Shown here one piece after another: positions 51,029 to 61,694 of a DNA stretch of 64,000 nt. Origin of the DNA: an uncultured Alphaproteobacteria bacterium (GTDB taxonomy: Bacteria; Pseudomonadota; Alphaproteobacteria; RF32; CAG-239); assembly GCA_944391335.1 (NCBI GenBank), contig CALXTF010000001.1, forward strand, positions 42,199-106,198, given 5' to 3'. Each line of letters starts with the position of its first letter. Position 1 is the stretch's first letter. A program made the position numbers and the translations under genes. The notes under the pieces were generated by a model. The model saw only the letters and a list, made by a program, of their open reading frames with translations. It had not been told where the DNA came from and ran no database searches.

Positions 51029-53527
51029 TTAATAAGTTGGACATTCTCCTTCTGTATTAAAAGTTATTCCTCTCGAAATAGCAGAACAAGAGGATCCAAC
51101 CCATTTTGATATATCATTTATATTATATTTTTGTTCTGTGCATGCAGACATAGTGTTGTTTGTACACACAGTAGTCCAGAAATTTGATACCACGCCGCAG
51201 TTATTATACCTAGATGATGTTATACATGTAGGTAGTGCTTTTATCTGTGGGACATATGCAATCTGTTTGCCGCTTATGCCTTTATATGTTCCTTCATCAA
51301 TGCAAAGTACGCTAGTTTCATATAGGTAACGTCCCATGGAGCTTGTAGAAACATTCTGAATTCCTCCATCTACGGCATTATACCGGTTTAAACTTACATA
51401 AATATTATTATTACTATTCGCTAAGAGAGAGCTGTTATTATCTACAAATATATTTCCTGGTTGAACGTGTATTTTTCCATTAGGGGCTATATTTAAGGTA
51501 GAATTACTTAAATAGATCCCTTTTCCAGATAGAGAGCCAGAGATGGTACTGTTTCCAAAACGACATTTTCCGCTTTTAAATTCTTTACCTATTGATATTT
51601 GATCAAAAGTTATATCTGAATCTTTTAAACCAATATTCCATTGACTATAAATTGATCCCATATGTCCTTCTGAATTAATAAAAAGCATTGTGCCGCCTAA
51701 ACCGCCGTCCCAAGATCCTTTGTCTTTGTCATCAGAGGAATACAAACCTACATTAATTGTTGCGTCCTTAAAAATAACTAAGGAGTCTCCATAAGCAACA
51801 AAAGACAACACGGGAGACATTTTTTGTAATATTGTGTCATTACAGTATGATGGTTTGGCATTAGTACTAAATTTTTCATATGCTTCACGAGGTGTAGCAT
51901 CATAAAAGTCTATATATCCTGTTAAAGTAAGGCGTGCATTTTTAGTTAGAACTAATTTGCTTCCATAGTTCAAAGAATGCATATCTTCGGGATTGAAACC
52001 ACAACTCCCTGCTTCTCCATAACTAGAAGGGCTTTTGTTTATAAAGCAAAAATTGTATTTAGGTAGAGCACATACAAGTAATCTACCTCCTATCGCACCA
52101 GACCTTGTTGCTTTTAAAGTCATATTTTTCCATGTATGAGATCCAATGTTATAAACTCTATTATATATATTATTATTTGCTAAAGTTAAGGAAATGTTTG
52201 AAAAATCTACATCAAGAATGTGTGAATCTATCTTCTCATTTTTATCGTAAGTTACCTTAATAGGTCTGCTGCTGTATCCTTTGCAGGAAGAATATTTATC
52301 ACTATCTTTATCATATAAACTTTTTAGTGAATTTATAGAAGCAATTTTGTTGTTTCCGTTTTTAGGCCACTCAGTTATATTTGTAAATGATCTCGTATAT
52401 GATGATATATATATATCTGATTTTCCGTTTTTTGAATATACAAAAGCAGGATCATTATTATCACCATATGTACCATCAGTTATCATCGTTAAATCTCCTT
52501 TATAGGCCGCAGATTTAGCTTGATCGATACAACTTAGTTTACATTGGTAATAATAATTGGCTGTATCGGTATTTTCCGGACAAGGAACAACTGTTCCCTC
52601 AAAGCCATCAAGTGTGCATTTGGAACCTTCTGTTATAGGACTATCTGATACTTGATCGTAACCTTTATCCTTACACCATCTACCTTTATCAAATTTGCAT
52701 TGATAGAGTTGCGGTGTAACCGGATATGGACATCCGTCGCCTAAAGTACAGTAATAGAGGTTGCCCGTTATTTCGGATACACAGCCACTAGACCCTTGAG
52801 GGCATTGACTGAGTGTTTCGGCAATAAAATTTTCTTCAAGACATTTTTCTCGTGCCGATTTACATTCCTCATAATAAGCACGTTGTGAAGAACTATCTAT
52901 ACAGACTTTTCCTTTATTACCGTATTCGCATGAGGAGTACGGAAAAACTCCTCTGTCACAATAGCATTTTTTATAAATATTTTCTTGGTCGTCTTTACAT
53001 GAAGCGGATTCCGTTTGATTGTTTTTGCACGATTCTTTATCTGGATAATTTGTTCGATCACAAGTACAATTTTTATAATAGATTAGATCGTTCTCGCCAT
53101 CATTTAAAATGCAATAACCGCCGCCACCTAAACAACTGTTTTGTTGAGCGTATGTTGAAGATATTTTATATTCTTCCGGACATTGACATCTATATAAATT
53201 ACCACATTTATCTATGCTGCCGTCAGCCTTTCTTGCATTTTCAAGGGGAGAAATGCAGGCTTGATAAGCATATTCCATCCCGCAGCATTTGACATATTGA
53301 TTATCATAAGGACATACACCGCCAATATTGTTGCATTCATTATAAAGGGTTGTATATTCGGGGGCGCACATTGATTTGGTATCTAATTCCACATAATTAT
53401 CAAATCTTACACCTTGATTACAATCAGTATCTCCCAGAAAACAAACCTTCGCTTCGGCAGAAAAACAAAAAAACACACCGCAAAGACACGCGGTAAATAA
53501 AAAATATATCGATTTGTGTGTTAGCAT
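51029..53527 (-). CDS. Large secreted cysteine-rich protein (832 aa) with tandem Cys-module repeats
   Basis: Signal peptide 'MLTHKSIYFLFTACLCGVFFCFSAEA' (start at Met 53527; the ORF track's longer 5' extension is unlikely). The N-terminal third carries about 45 Cys in repeated 'xCxCxxxxYP'-type modules. The central region is Cys-poor and Asn/Ser/Gly-rich; the C-terminus is Cys-rich again. Confidence 0.6.
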   Translation of the reverse strand: MLTHKSIYFLFTACLCGVFFCFSAEAKVCFLGDTDCNQGVRFDNYVELDTKSMCAPEYTTLYNECNNIGGVCPYDNQYVKCCGMEYAYQACISPLENARKADGSIDKCGNLYRCQCPEEYKISSTYAQQNSCLGGGGYCILNDGENDLIYYKNCTCDRTNYPDKESCKNNQTESASCKDDQENIYKKCYCDRGVFPYSSCEYGNKGKVCIDSSSQRAYYEECKSAREKCLEENFIAETLSQCPQGSSGCVSEITGNLYYCTLGDGCPYPVTPQLYQCKFDKGRWCKDKGYDQVSDSPITEGSKCTLDGFEGTVVPCPENTDTANYYYQCKLSCIDQAKSAAYKGDLTMITDGTYGDNNDPAFVYSKNGKSDIYISSYTRSFTNITEWPKNGNNKIASINSLKSLYDKDSDKYSSCKGYSSRPIKVTYDKNEKIDSHILDVDFSNISLTLANNNIYNRVYNIGSHTWKNMTLKATRSGAIGGRLLVCALPKYNFCFINKSPSSYGEAGSCGFNPEDMHSLNYGSKLVLTKNARLTLTGYIDFYDATPREAYEKFSTNAKPSYCNDTILQKMSPVLSFVAYGDSLVIFKDATINVGLYSSDDKDKGSWDGGLGGTMLFINSEGHMGSIYSQWNIGLKDSDITFDQISIGKEFKSGKCRFGNSTISGSLSGKGIYLSNSTLNIAPNGKIHVQPGNIFVDNNSSLLANSNNNIYVSLNRYNAVDGGIQNVSTSSMGRYLYETSVLCIDEGTYKGISGKQIAYVPQIKALPTCITSSRYNNCGVVSNFWTTVCTNNTMSACTEQKYNINDISKWVGSSCSAISRGITFNTEGECPTY

Positions 53528-53672
53528 AGCTCTTCCCCTTAAAAAGCTGTTGCACTTTATAGTAAAAATAAATCTTAGCTTACCACTTGTTTTGCGGTGC
53601 TTGCTATCAGATAACCCCCTGATAACTTCTTTAAAAATACCATATTGTTTTTTATTTTGCAATAATTATTTT

Positions 53673-54692
53673 TTAACCATTTCTTTTGGCGGCCGAGGCT
53701 AAACGCAATAAAAGCAAACTAACAATTTCTTCTGCCGGCATATTCGTTGTTTTACAATTCTTTTCCGCCTCATAAACAAGTTCCATTGCTCGTAGAATTT
53801 TATCGCGTTTCCAATCGTAAAGCTGATGCTTAAAGGATTCTGCTCGATAAAAAATTATTCGGGGAATAAGTTGCTGCATGGCTTGGTCTGCTGTCTTTCC
53901 CTTTTCTATTTCTCCTTGGCAGAAAAGAAGTTTTTGTAAATGAAAATTTAATCCACGGGCAACCGAAGAGGCTTCATTACCTTCATATAAATAACGACTG
54001 TAATATGAAAGTGCTTCATTTTTCTTCCCGCTAAAGGTCGAATAATAAATGTCTTCTAAACTCGAATCCGATGTGTCCGATATAATATTATTAACTATCT
54101 CTATCGTTACATTTTTCGATGTCCCCATATAGGTCGCTAATTTGTTTAATTCTTGTTGGTTTATCATGTGGTCGCCGGATAAACGGCCGCATAAAAGTTG
54201 TATCGCCGCAGGTTCAAACGTCAGTCCCATCTTCTTTAACATACCGCGTATGTCTTCTTCTTTATCTTCATAACAAGCAAATGAAGCCATGTCCGAGCTT
54301 TCTTCCGCTAATCTTACCAGCGAAGATTTCTTGTTAAGGCTTGATGAACCAACCAAAATTAAAAGATTCCCTTCTTTAGGACTTTCATCAAGCATTTTAC
54401 GAATGTGCTTGCTTAAATCATTACCGGCTTCATTCACAATAATAACACGACGACCGCCTAAAAGAGATTGACTGTTAAACTCTCCATATAATAAACCTAT
54501 ATCAGTGCTTAAATCCGTCCCTAAAAGTTTAGATATGCGAAATGCATCCGTTAAATCCTCACAAATGGATTGTGTTATTCTCTTGACGGTATCTCTTATC
54601 AATCCTTCGTTGCTGCCGTAAATGAGAATTGAACGGATATTCTTGTCTTGTGTTTTAACATATTGATCAATTTGCACGGATTTAAAAATCAT
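53673..54692 (-). CDS. holA: DNA polymerase III delta subunit
   Basis: 339 aa. Conserved leuS-lptE-holA order. 'LLYGEFNSQSLLGGRRVIIV' is delta-like. Confidence 0.8.
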   Translation of the reverse strand: MIFKSVQIDQYVKTQDKNIRSILIYGSNEGLIRDTVKRITQSICEDLTDAFRISKLLGTDLSTDIGLLYGEFNSQSLLGGRRVIIVNEAGNDLSKHIRKMLDESPKEGNLLILVGSSSLNKKSSLVRLAEESSDMASFACYEDKEEDIRGMLKKMGLTFEPAAIQLLCGRLSGDHMINQQELNKLATYMGTSKNVTIEIVNNIISDTSDSSLEDIYYSTFSGKKNEALSYYSRYLYEGNEASSVARGLNFHLQKLLFCQGEIEKGKTADQAMQQLIPRIIFYRAESFKHQLYDWKRDKILRAMELVYEAEKNCKTTNMPAEEIVSLLLLRLASAAKRNG

Positions 54693-55266
54693 TTTCTGTT
54701 TCTATACCTGTGGCAACATTATGAAAATAGGCTCCAATCCTTAAGGCTATGTCGTTGGCTATAATATTAGCCGCGTCTTCATCTCCTTTTTTGCGCGCCA
54801 TCGTTGTTGAATAAGGATTTGCTAAAATATCGTAACTCGTATAAGCAACACTATCCCCTTTCATAACTTGTTGACCATTCTCCGTCATGTAATAACCAAC
54901 TTTATAAACAACCATCTTGCGAGTCGCGGTAATATCCGAACGTAAAGCTTGATCAGTTTCCCTTTTGCTGGTTAAACTTACAAATAAACGATATTTCGGT
55001 TGTTTGGGAGAACCTTTTGGAGTTAGTAAATCTATTAAATCATTGCGAAGCATTTGACCAAAGCGTTGTGATATTGGTTCTATACTGATTTTAGACATTT
55101 CATCACTGATCGAGGTATCAAAATCACCACCATAATACCACATGTTATCGTGTTTCTTCTCCACATATAACGGTTGAAAACCGCAACTGCTTAAAATAAG
55201 AGATAAAAGTAAAATATTCTTTTTTAGAAAATGCAAATTTTTTTCCTTTCTTTTCTTATATGTCAT
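54682..55266 (-). CDS. lptE: LPS-assembly lipoprotein LptE
   Basis: Lipobox 'LSSCGF'. 194 aa. Positioned between leuS and holA. Confidence 0.75.
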   Translation of the reverse strand: MTYKKRKEKNLHFLKKNILLLSLILSSCGFQPLYVEKKHDNMWYYGGDFDTSISDEMSKISIEPISQRFGQMLRNDLIDLLTPKGSPKQPKYRLFVSLTSKRETDQALRSDITATRKMVVYKVGYYMTENGQQVMKGDSVAYTSYDILANPYSTTMARKKGDEDAANIIANDIALRIGAYFHNVATGIETENDF

Positions 55267-55278
55267 TCTCTTATTTTA

Positions 55279-57759
55279 TTATGCTACAATGTTGATAATT
55301 TTATTAGGAACGACAATTATCTTCTTTATTGATTTCCCTTCAAGTTGGCGCGAAACATTTTCTAAAGCAAAAGCTTTAGATTTTATTTCCTCTTGAGGAG
55401 TGTCCTTTGCAATTTCTATCGTACCGCGCATTTTGCCGCATATTTGTACCGCTATCGTTATAATGTTTTCTTCTGCGAGTTTGGGATCGCCTTGCGGCCA
55501 ACTCTCGGTCGATATTAAGGTGCTTTCACCCATCCTTGCCCACATCTCTTCTGCTAAATGAGGCGCAAATGGTGATAGTAATTTCAATAATGTTAAATAT
55601 AATTCTGCCGGTATCTTTTCTAATCCAGACATGTAATTGACATATGTCATTAAAGAGGAAACCGCCGTGTTAAAACGCATTTGATCTATTCTTTCATCAA
55701 CTTCTAAAATGCATTTGTGCATGGCTTGTAAATCTTTAGATGTTGCTGTAATGGGGAAAACTTTTTTCATTAACCCATATATTTTGTTAATAAAACGATA
55801 AACGCCCATTAAACTTTCTTCAGACCACATCGCCGCTTGATCAAACGGACCTATAAACATTTCATACATTCTAAAGGTATCTGCACCGTATGAATTTACA
55901 ATATCATCCGGATTAATTACGTTGCCTCGGGATTTAGACATTTTTTCGCCGTTTGAGGCTAAAATCATGCCATGTGACGAACGTTTCTTAAATGGTTCTT
56001 TTGTCGGAACTAGACCTATGTCATAAAGAAATTTATACCAAAAACGTGAGTATAAAAGATGTAAAGTGGTGTGTTCCATTCCACCATTATACCAGTCAAC
56101 ATTCATCCAGTAATCAAGGGCTTCTTTGGAGGCAAATTCTTTGTCATTGTGAGGATCGCAATAACGTAAAAAATACCAGGATGAACCGGCCCAATTAGGC
56201 ATTACATCTGTTTCTCTTCTTGCTTTTCCCCCGCATTTTGGGCAAGTCGTATTAACCCAGTCAACCGCTTGTGCTAAAGGTGATTCTCCTTCGTTATTAG
56301 GAAGATAACTTGTTATTTCCGGTAATTCTAAAGGTAATTCCGATTCGGGAATCGGTTGCCAACCGCAATGTTCACAATAAACCATCGGTATAGGTTCTCC
56401 CCAATATCTTTGGCGGGAAAAGACCCAATCCCTTAATTTAAAATTGACTTTCGCATGACCAAAATTATTCTTAACCGCATAATCTATAGCCGCTTTCATG
56501 GCGTCTTCTTTGTTTAAATCGTTTAAAAAACCGGAATTAATGTGTAAACCATCTTCTTCCCATGCTTTTTCAGAAATATCACCGCCTTCCAGAACTTGAA
56601 TAATGGGCAATTTAAATGCTTTAGCAAAATCATAATCCCTTTGATCATGCGCCGGTACAGCCATAATTGCTCCTGTTCCGTATCCCGTCATAACATAATC
56701 AGAAATAAATACCGGTATTAGTTCGCCATTATAGGGATTTTTAGCTTTAATTCCTTTTAATTCAACACCGGTTTTGCTATCATCCATTGTCCTTTGCAAT
56801 TCTGATTTTTTTGCTGCTTCATTTACATATGTTAAAATTTCTTCATTATTTTCAAAAAGCTCTGATAATTCTGACACATATTTATGTTCTGGAGCTAAAA
56901 CCATGTAAGTTACTCCAAAAGATGTGTCTGGACGGGTGGTGTATACGGTTAATTTTTTATTTAAAAGAGTTCCTTCTTTGTTGGTTAATTCAAAATCAAG
57001 TTCTGCTCCTTCCGAACGACCTATCCAATTTATTTGTTGTGTCTTTACCCTTTCTATAAAATCAAGATCTGCTAAATCGTTAATGAGCCTATCCGCATAT
57101 TTTGTAATAGCCAACATCCATTGTTCTTTATGTTTATGTGTGACTTCCGCTCCGCATCTTTCACAACGACCGTTGACGACTTCTTCGTTGGCTAATCCAA
57201 CTTTACATGACGGACACCAATTTATGGCTATTTTATCTTTATAGGCTAAGCCTTTTTCAAAAAATTTAATGAACATCCATTGTGTCCATTTATAATATTG
57301 CGGATCACAAGTGTTAAACGCGCGGTCCCAATCAAAACTAAATCCTATGGATTTCATTTGTCGAGTAAAATTTTTAATATTTTCTTTGGTTGAGATTTCC
57401 GGATGGATACCTGTTTTTATAGCGTAATTTTCAGCAGGTAGGCCGAAGGCATCAAATCCCATAGGGTATAATACATTATAACCTTGCATTCTTTTTTTGC
57501 GGGCGACAACATCAAGTGCCGTATAAGATCTTGGGTGGCCGACGTGTAAACCTGCTCCCGATGGATAAGGAAATTCAACCAAAACATAAAACTTTTCTTT
57601 ATTTTTATCTATTTCGACTTTATAAGTTTTCCTATCTTCCCAAATTTTTTGCCATTTAGGTTCAATTGTTCGAAAATTGTATCTTTCTTCCATTTCCCAA
57701 TCTTTTTGCCATTCTTTAAAGGATTTACCGTTATAGCGGTCGCTGTGATCTTCTGTCAA
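55279..57759 (-). CDS. leuS: Leucyl-tRNA synthetase
   Basis: 'HVGHPRSY' HIGH motif and 'KMSKS'. The likely true start is the internal Met ('MEERYNFRTIEPKWQ', at about 57693). Confidence 0.95.
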   Translation of the reverse strand: MTEDHSDRYNGKSFKEWQKDWEMEERYNFRTIEPKWQKIWEDRKTYKVEIDKNKEKFYVLVEFPYPSGAGLHVGHPRSYTALDVVARKKRMQGYNVLYPMGFDAFGLPAENYAIKTGIHPEISTKENIKNFTRQMKSIGFSFDWDRAFNTCDPQYYKWTQWMFIKFFEKGLAYKDKIAINWCPSCKVGLANEEVVNGRCERCGAEVTHKHKEQWMLAITKYADRLINDLADLDFIERVKTQQINWIGRSEGAELDFELTNKEGTLLNKKLTVYTTRPDTSFGVTYMVLAPEHKYVSELSELFENNEEILTYVNEAAKKSELQRTMDDSKTGVELKGIKAKNPYNGELIPVFISDYVMTGYGTGAIMAVPAHDQRDYDFAKAFKLPIIQVLEGGDISEKAWEEDGLHINSGFLNDLNKEDAMKAAIDYAVKNNFGHAKVNFKLRDWVFSRQRYWGEPIPMVYCEHCGWQPIPESELPLELPEITSYLPNNEGESPLAQAVDWVNTTCPKCGGKARRETDVMPNWAGSSWYFLRYCDPHNDKEFASKEALDYWMNVDWYNGGMEHTTLHLLYSRFWYKFLYDIGLVPTKEPFKKRSSHGMILASNGEKMSKSRGNVINPDDIVNSYGADTFRMYEMFIGPFDQAAMWSEESLMGVYRFINKIYGLMKKVFPITATSKDLQAMHKCILEVDERIDQMRFNTAVSSLMTYVNYMSGLEKIPAELYLTLLKLLSPFAPHLAEEMWARMGESTLISTESWPQGDPKLAEENIITIAVQICGKMRGTIEIAKDTPQEEIKSKAFALENVSRQLEGKSIKKIIVVPNKIINIVA

Positions 57760-57908
57760 TTTTACTCTCCATGAATTTCAATATTTTTCCTAAGGTTGAG
57801 ATTATAATATATTTTTTTAAATTACAATAGGGCTTAAAATATTTTCAACTTGTATTTATAAAAACAATTTTCTAAAATAAATTTGATTTTTATTTTAAGG
57901 AAAAAAAA

Positions 57909-59180
57909 GTGGATAGTCGTCTTTTAGCTTTTAATATTTATCGTAAAACAATTGACGGTGGGGGAATTGAAAATAAGGAAATAAAAAACATTCCTGCCGA
58001 AAATGTCGCTTTTGTTAAACGTTTGGTACAAATGACTTTACGTCGACAAGAGTTCCTTAAGCAGATTATTAACAAGTTTATGCGGCAAAAAATAATACAA
58101 AAACCTAATAATATGCAAATTTTGCTATTATTGGCTGCCGTTGAAATTCTTTATTTTGACACGCCGGATTATGCTGTTGTTAATAGTTATGTCGCTTTAG
58201 CTAAAAAAATAAATAATAAATATGCAGCTGGTTTTGTTAATGCTGTGTTACATAAGATATGTTATAATAAAGAAAAAATTGTTGCTTGCAAACCTCTGCC
58301 TTTTTTTCCTTTTCCATTTAGAAAAATGCTTCAAAGCAGTTATTGCTCCAAAAAAATTGATTCTATTGAGACGGCCGCTCTTAAAGAACCAGATTTAGAT
58401 ATTACAGTTCGCGAAGATCCTGAGTTTTGGTGTCGGAAATTGGGTGGAAAACTGCTTGGAAACGGTACTGTAAGATTAAAGCAAACAGGAAATATTTCCG
58501 CTTTGGACGGATTTGCTCAAGGGGCTTGGTGGGTTCAGGATTTTTCTTCTTCTCTACCGGTTATTGCTCTTAAAGATATTAAAAATAAAACGGTGCTTGA
58601 TCTTTGTGCCGCTCCCGGCGGAAAAACAGCCCAGTTAATTGCTAAAGGGGCTTTGGTTACAGCTGTCGATATTTCTCAAAAACGACTAAAAATCCTTGAA
58701 GAAAATCTTGAAAGACTTAACTTAAAAGCTCAAAATATTATTGCAGCCGACGCTTTGCAATATCTAAATAATTGTTCTCAATTCGATATTGTGTTGGTCG
58801 ATGCTCCTTGTTCTGCCGACGGCACTCTTCGTAGACATCCGGAAATTGTTCATACGCGAAATATTGATGATGTTAAAAAAAATGCTCTATTACAACATCA
58901 ATTACTCGCTAAAGCGGCTAAAGCTGTTAAAAATAAAGGAAAATTAATGTATGCCGTTTGTTCTATGTGTAAGCAAGAAGGAGAACAACAAATCGATTCA
59001 TTTATTTCTAATTATCCCAATTTTAAAATATTTCCTATACTAACCGAAAATATAAATCCCTTTCATCATCTTGGATATGAAAAAATTATTACGGAAAAAG
59101 GTTTTATTCGTTGTTTACCGGATATGTTGGAAGGAATGGATGGTTTTTTTGCCGCTTGTTTGCAAAAAATAAGTGAATAA
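57909..59180 (+). CDS. rsmB: 16S rRNA m5C methyltransferase RsmB/Sun family
   Basis: NusB-like N-terminus, SAM motif 'LDLCAAPGGKT', catalytic 'DAPCSADGTLRRHP' and 'MYAVCSM'. GTG start. Confidence 0.85.
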   Translation: MDSRLLAFNIYRKTIDGGGIENKEIKNIPAENVAFVKRLVQMTLRRQEFLKQIINKFMRQKIIQKPNNMQILLLLAAVEILYFDTPDYAVVNSYVALAKKINNKYAAGFVNAVLHKICYNKEKIVACKPLPFFPFPFRKMLQSSYCSKKIDSIETAALKEPDLDITVREDPEFWCRKLGGKLLGNGTVRLKQTGNISALDGFAQGAWWVQDFSSSLPVIALKDIKNKTVLDLCAAPGGKTAQLIAKGALVTAVDISQKRLKILEENLERLNLKAQNIIAADALQYLNNCSQFDIVLVDAPCSADGTLRRHPEIVHTRNIDDVKKNALLQHQLLAKAAKAVKNKGKLMYAVCSMCKQEGEQQIDSFISNYPNFKIFPILTENINPFHHLGYEKIITEKGFIRCLPDMLEGMDGFFAACLQKISE

Positions 59181-59240
59181 TTGTTGAAGAAATAACAAGA
59201 GCATATTATAACTAAAAAATAATCAAATAAGGATTTTGCT

Positions 59241-60320
59241 ATGAATATGACCTTCTTTATTGTTTTGAGTTTGGTTTGTTTTACTTTGGCGGCATCAACT
59301 GTAAGCTTCGCCCTTATTGCTCGTAAAGGGATTTTTAATCAATCAGATATTAAAAATTCTGTTTTTATACCATCGTTATTGATTTTATTTGTTACAACTT
59401 TAGCGGCATGGTTCTTCTTTTATGATCAAGATGACTTCATTGGATATTTTCCTTTAACGCAACTTTTGGTTCCCTTCGCTTGCTCTGCTTTGATTTGTAT
59501 TATAGGATATTATTATCCCAATAATCGTTGGTTATGGCTTGTTGTTGTTATTTCTGCTTGTTTATCGGTTCTTGCTGTTCCTGAAGATAATTTTTTATTT
59601 ACTTCTGCCTTACCTCCATTGCTTATTCGCATATTTTTGGCGGCAGGATGGGTGTTGTTTGCTTTTTTGTGTCGGTATGCTAATAATGGTAGTGCCGCTT
59701 TAGCCGGACAAACAATATTTGTGGCGCTTGGTATCTCAATTCTTGCTTTTATGCAAGCTTTACCCTTTTTTATAGGTGTTTACGCTTGGTTGTTTACAAT
59801 CGTTCTATTTATTATGTTGTTTTTTTCTTGGTATCCTTCAAAAATTAGAATTTCTAGTATTGATGCCATGTCTTTGGGATTTTTACTCTTTTCATTGATT
59901 GTACCGGCAATTACTGAAGGCGCAATTTCTTGTTGTATGATTTTTATAATGTTTATGGCGGTTGATTTCCTTTGGGCTTTTGTTTTAAAATTAACTTTTT
60001 TACCCCAATTTCAAAATATAGTTGAAAATAGTGCTTTTCATCAGGCTATTGCAAAAGGTGCAACACCTTCACAAGCCGCTTTTTTTATTCTTCGAGCTCA
60101 GCTAATGACATTAATTTTAGGATGTTTTCAAGTTTATTCTCCAATGCCTTGGTCTTTAATGTTGGTTTCATTCTTTATTATTTTGTGGGTTGATTATCGT
60201 TTTCGCAATATGTTTGTTCCCGTGCAAACATTTCGGAATATTAATACCCAAGTGTTGGAAGAATTACAAGATCGCATTAACGAATTTAAAGATTATATTA
60301 AAAAGGATGATAAATTTTAA
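59241..60320 (+). CDS. Hypothetical polytopic membrane protein (weak MraY/WecA-like acidic motifs)
   Basis: About 10 transmembrane helices. 'YDQDDFIGY' and 'NNGSAALAG' loosely recall polyprenyl-phosphate sugar-phosphate transferases. Confidence 0.4.
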   Translation: MNMTFFIVLSLVCFTLAASTVSFALIARKGIFNQSDIKNSVFIPSLLILFVTTLAAWFFFYDQDDFIGYFPLTQLLVPFACSALICIIGYYYPNNRWLWLVVVISACLSVLAVPEDNFLFTSALPPLLIRIFLAAGWVLFAFLCRYANNGSAALAGQTIFVALGISILAFMQALPFFIGVYAWLFTIVLFIMLFFSWYPSKIRISSIDAMSLGFLLFSLIVPAITEGAISCCMIFIMFMAVDFLWAFVLKLTFLPQFQNIVENSAFHQAIAKGATPSQAAFFILRAQLMTLILGCFQVYSPMPWSLMLVSFFIILWVDYRFRNMFVPVQTFRNINTQVLEELQDRINEFKDYIKKDDKF

Positions 60321-61687
60321 TGTTTTATCAATTGTTACACAAGCTCTTATCTTATCATCCGACACAAAAAAACGATAAAGAACCATCGGTTGAAATTAAA
60401 TTTAAAGTAATTGTTGTTGAATTTTATGATCCAACAAATAGTTCTAACGGAAAAAAACTCGTTTCTTTGCTTGCAAACCGCGCCGAATTTGAAACAAAAT
60501 ATCTTCTTCCAGATTTTGATTTATCTTTTCTTAATATGGAAAGCCGAAATTTATTTGATCTTATTGATCACGGGCAAAATATTTTAGATAAAACAGAAGC
60601 AGATGTCCTTATTTGGGGATGTCGACAAAACAATCATTTACGCTTAAATATACAAATTCCTCATCAATATGAAAATAACGAAATATCCTTCATTTCTTTT
60701 TTAGATAGTATATACTTACCTGTTGAATTTCTTGCTTATGAGCAAAATTTCCCCTCATTGCTATTAGAAATTTTAACCGGAACAATAATTAGCGCAATTG
60801 CAAAAAAAACAAAACAAGAGTTGATTTATAAAAAGTATTTGTTGAAAAAAATTATTTATCAAATTTCTCAGGCTGATTCGGCTAAAGCTTTTGATTTAAA
60901 TTATATGCCTTATATTTTGAATCAACTTGGATTAATCTATATGACCGCAATGGCTGATAAATGCTGCGAAAATGATTTTAAAACCATTAATCATTTATTT
61001 ATGACCGCTCTTAAATATAAAAATCAAATCTTAGAACAAACTCAACTTGGATGTATTTATTTGCATTTAGGACAATTAAATGATTATGCTTCTGTTTATA
61101 TGGGAAAAAAATCCGATTTTTATTTTCGTGAAGCCATTCGTCATTATCAACAAGCGCAAAAGTTCTTTGGTAAATATACCTATCCGTATGATTATGGGCA
61201 TATTTGTTATAAACTTTCCGGTCTTTATTATAATTATTGGAAAAGAACAGATAATTTACAAGCTTTAAGAGATGCAATTTTTGAACTTCGCGAATGTGAA
61301 CGTGTTTTTACCGAAGCTCAATTTCCAAAATTTTGGGAGCATATTCAAGGAAATTTGGGATATCTATTACAAAATCTCGGACGTATTACCCAAAGTGTTG
61401 ATATTTGCCGTTTAGCAGTTTTTGCTTACCGTAACCAGCAGAAAATTATAAGCGAAAATAAACAATCCTATTTTTGGGCCCAAATACAAGAAAAAATTGC
61501 AGAAATATATTATTTGGAAGGAAAAATTTCTTCAAATATTGAGGCTTTGGAAGAAGCCTTGGCTTGTTACCATGATGCGCTTTATTTTTTTGAAACAGAT
61601 AAACATGAAACGGCTGCGGTTCATGTTCGTGCCGGTATTTCTAAAACCAAACAACTTATCGAAAAAATAAAATTACAAATAAAATAA
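60320..61687 (+). CDS. Hypothetical soluble protein, helical-repeat (TPR-like) C-terminal half
   Basis: 1-nt overlap with the upstream membrane-protein gene. No TM segments. Repetitive Tyr/Leu-rich helical pattern. Confidence 0.4.
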   Translation: MFYQLLHKLLSYHPTQKNDKEPSVEIKFKVIVVEFYDPTNSSNGKKLVSLLANRAEFETKYLLPDFDLSFLNMESRNLFDLIDHGQNILDKTEADVLIWGCRQNNHLRLNIQIPHQYENNEISFISFLDSIYLPVEFLAYEQNFPSLLLEILTGTIISAIAKKTKQELIYKKYLLKKIIYQISQADSAKAFDLNYMPYILNQLGLIYMTAMADKCCENDFKTINHLFMTALKYKNQILEQTQLGCIYLHLGQLNDYASVYMGKKSDFYFREAIRHYQQAQKFFGKYTYPYDYGHICYKLSGLYYNYWKRTDNLQALRDAIFELRECERVFTEAQFPKFWEHIQGNLGYLLQNLGRITQSVDICRLAVFAYRNQQKIISENKQSYFWAQIQEKIAEIYYLEGKISSNIEALEEALACYHDALYFFETDKHETAAVHVRAGISKTKQLIEKIKLQIK

Positions 61688-61694
61688 TGCTTTT

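Noticed and set aside
53596-53630. Imperfect inverted repeat (TATCAG...CTGATA) in the promoter region of the Cys-rich protein gene, considered as an operator.
   Set aside because: It is only 6 bp per arm with an 8-bp spacer and has no flanking conservation to judge against. That is too weak to call.
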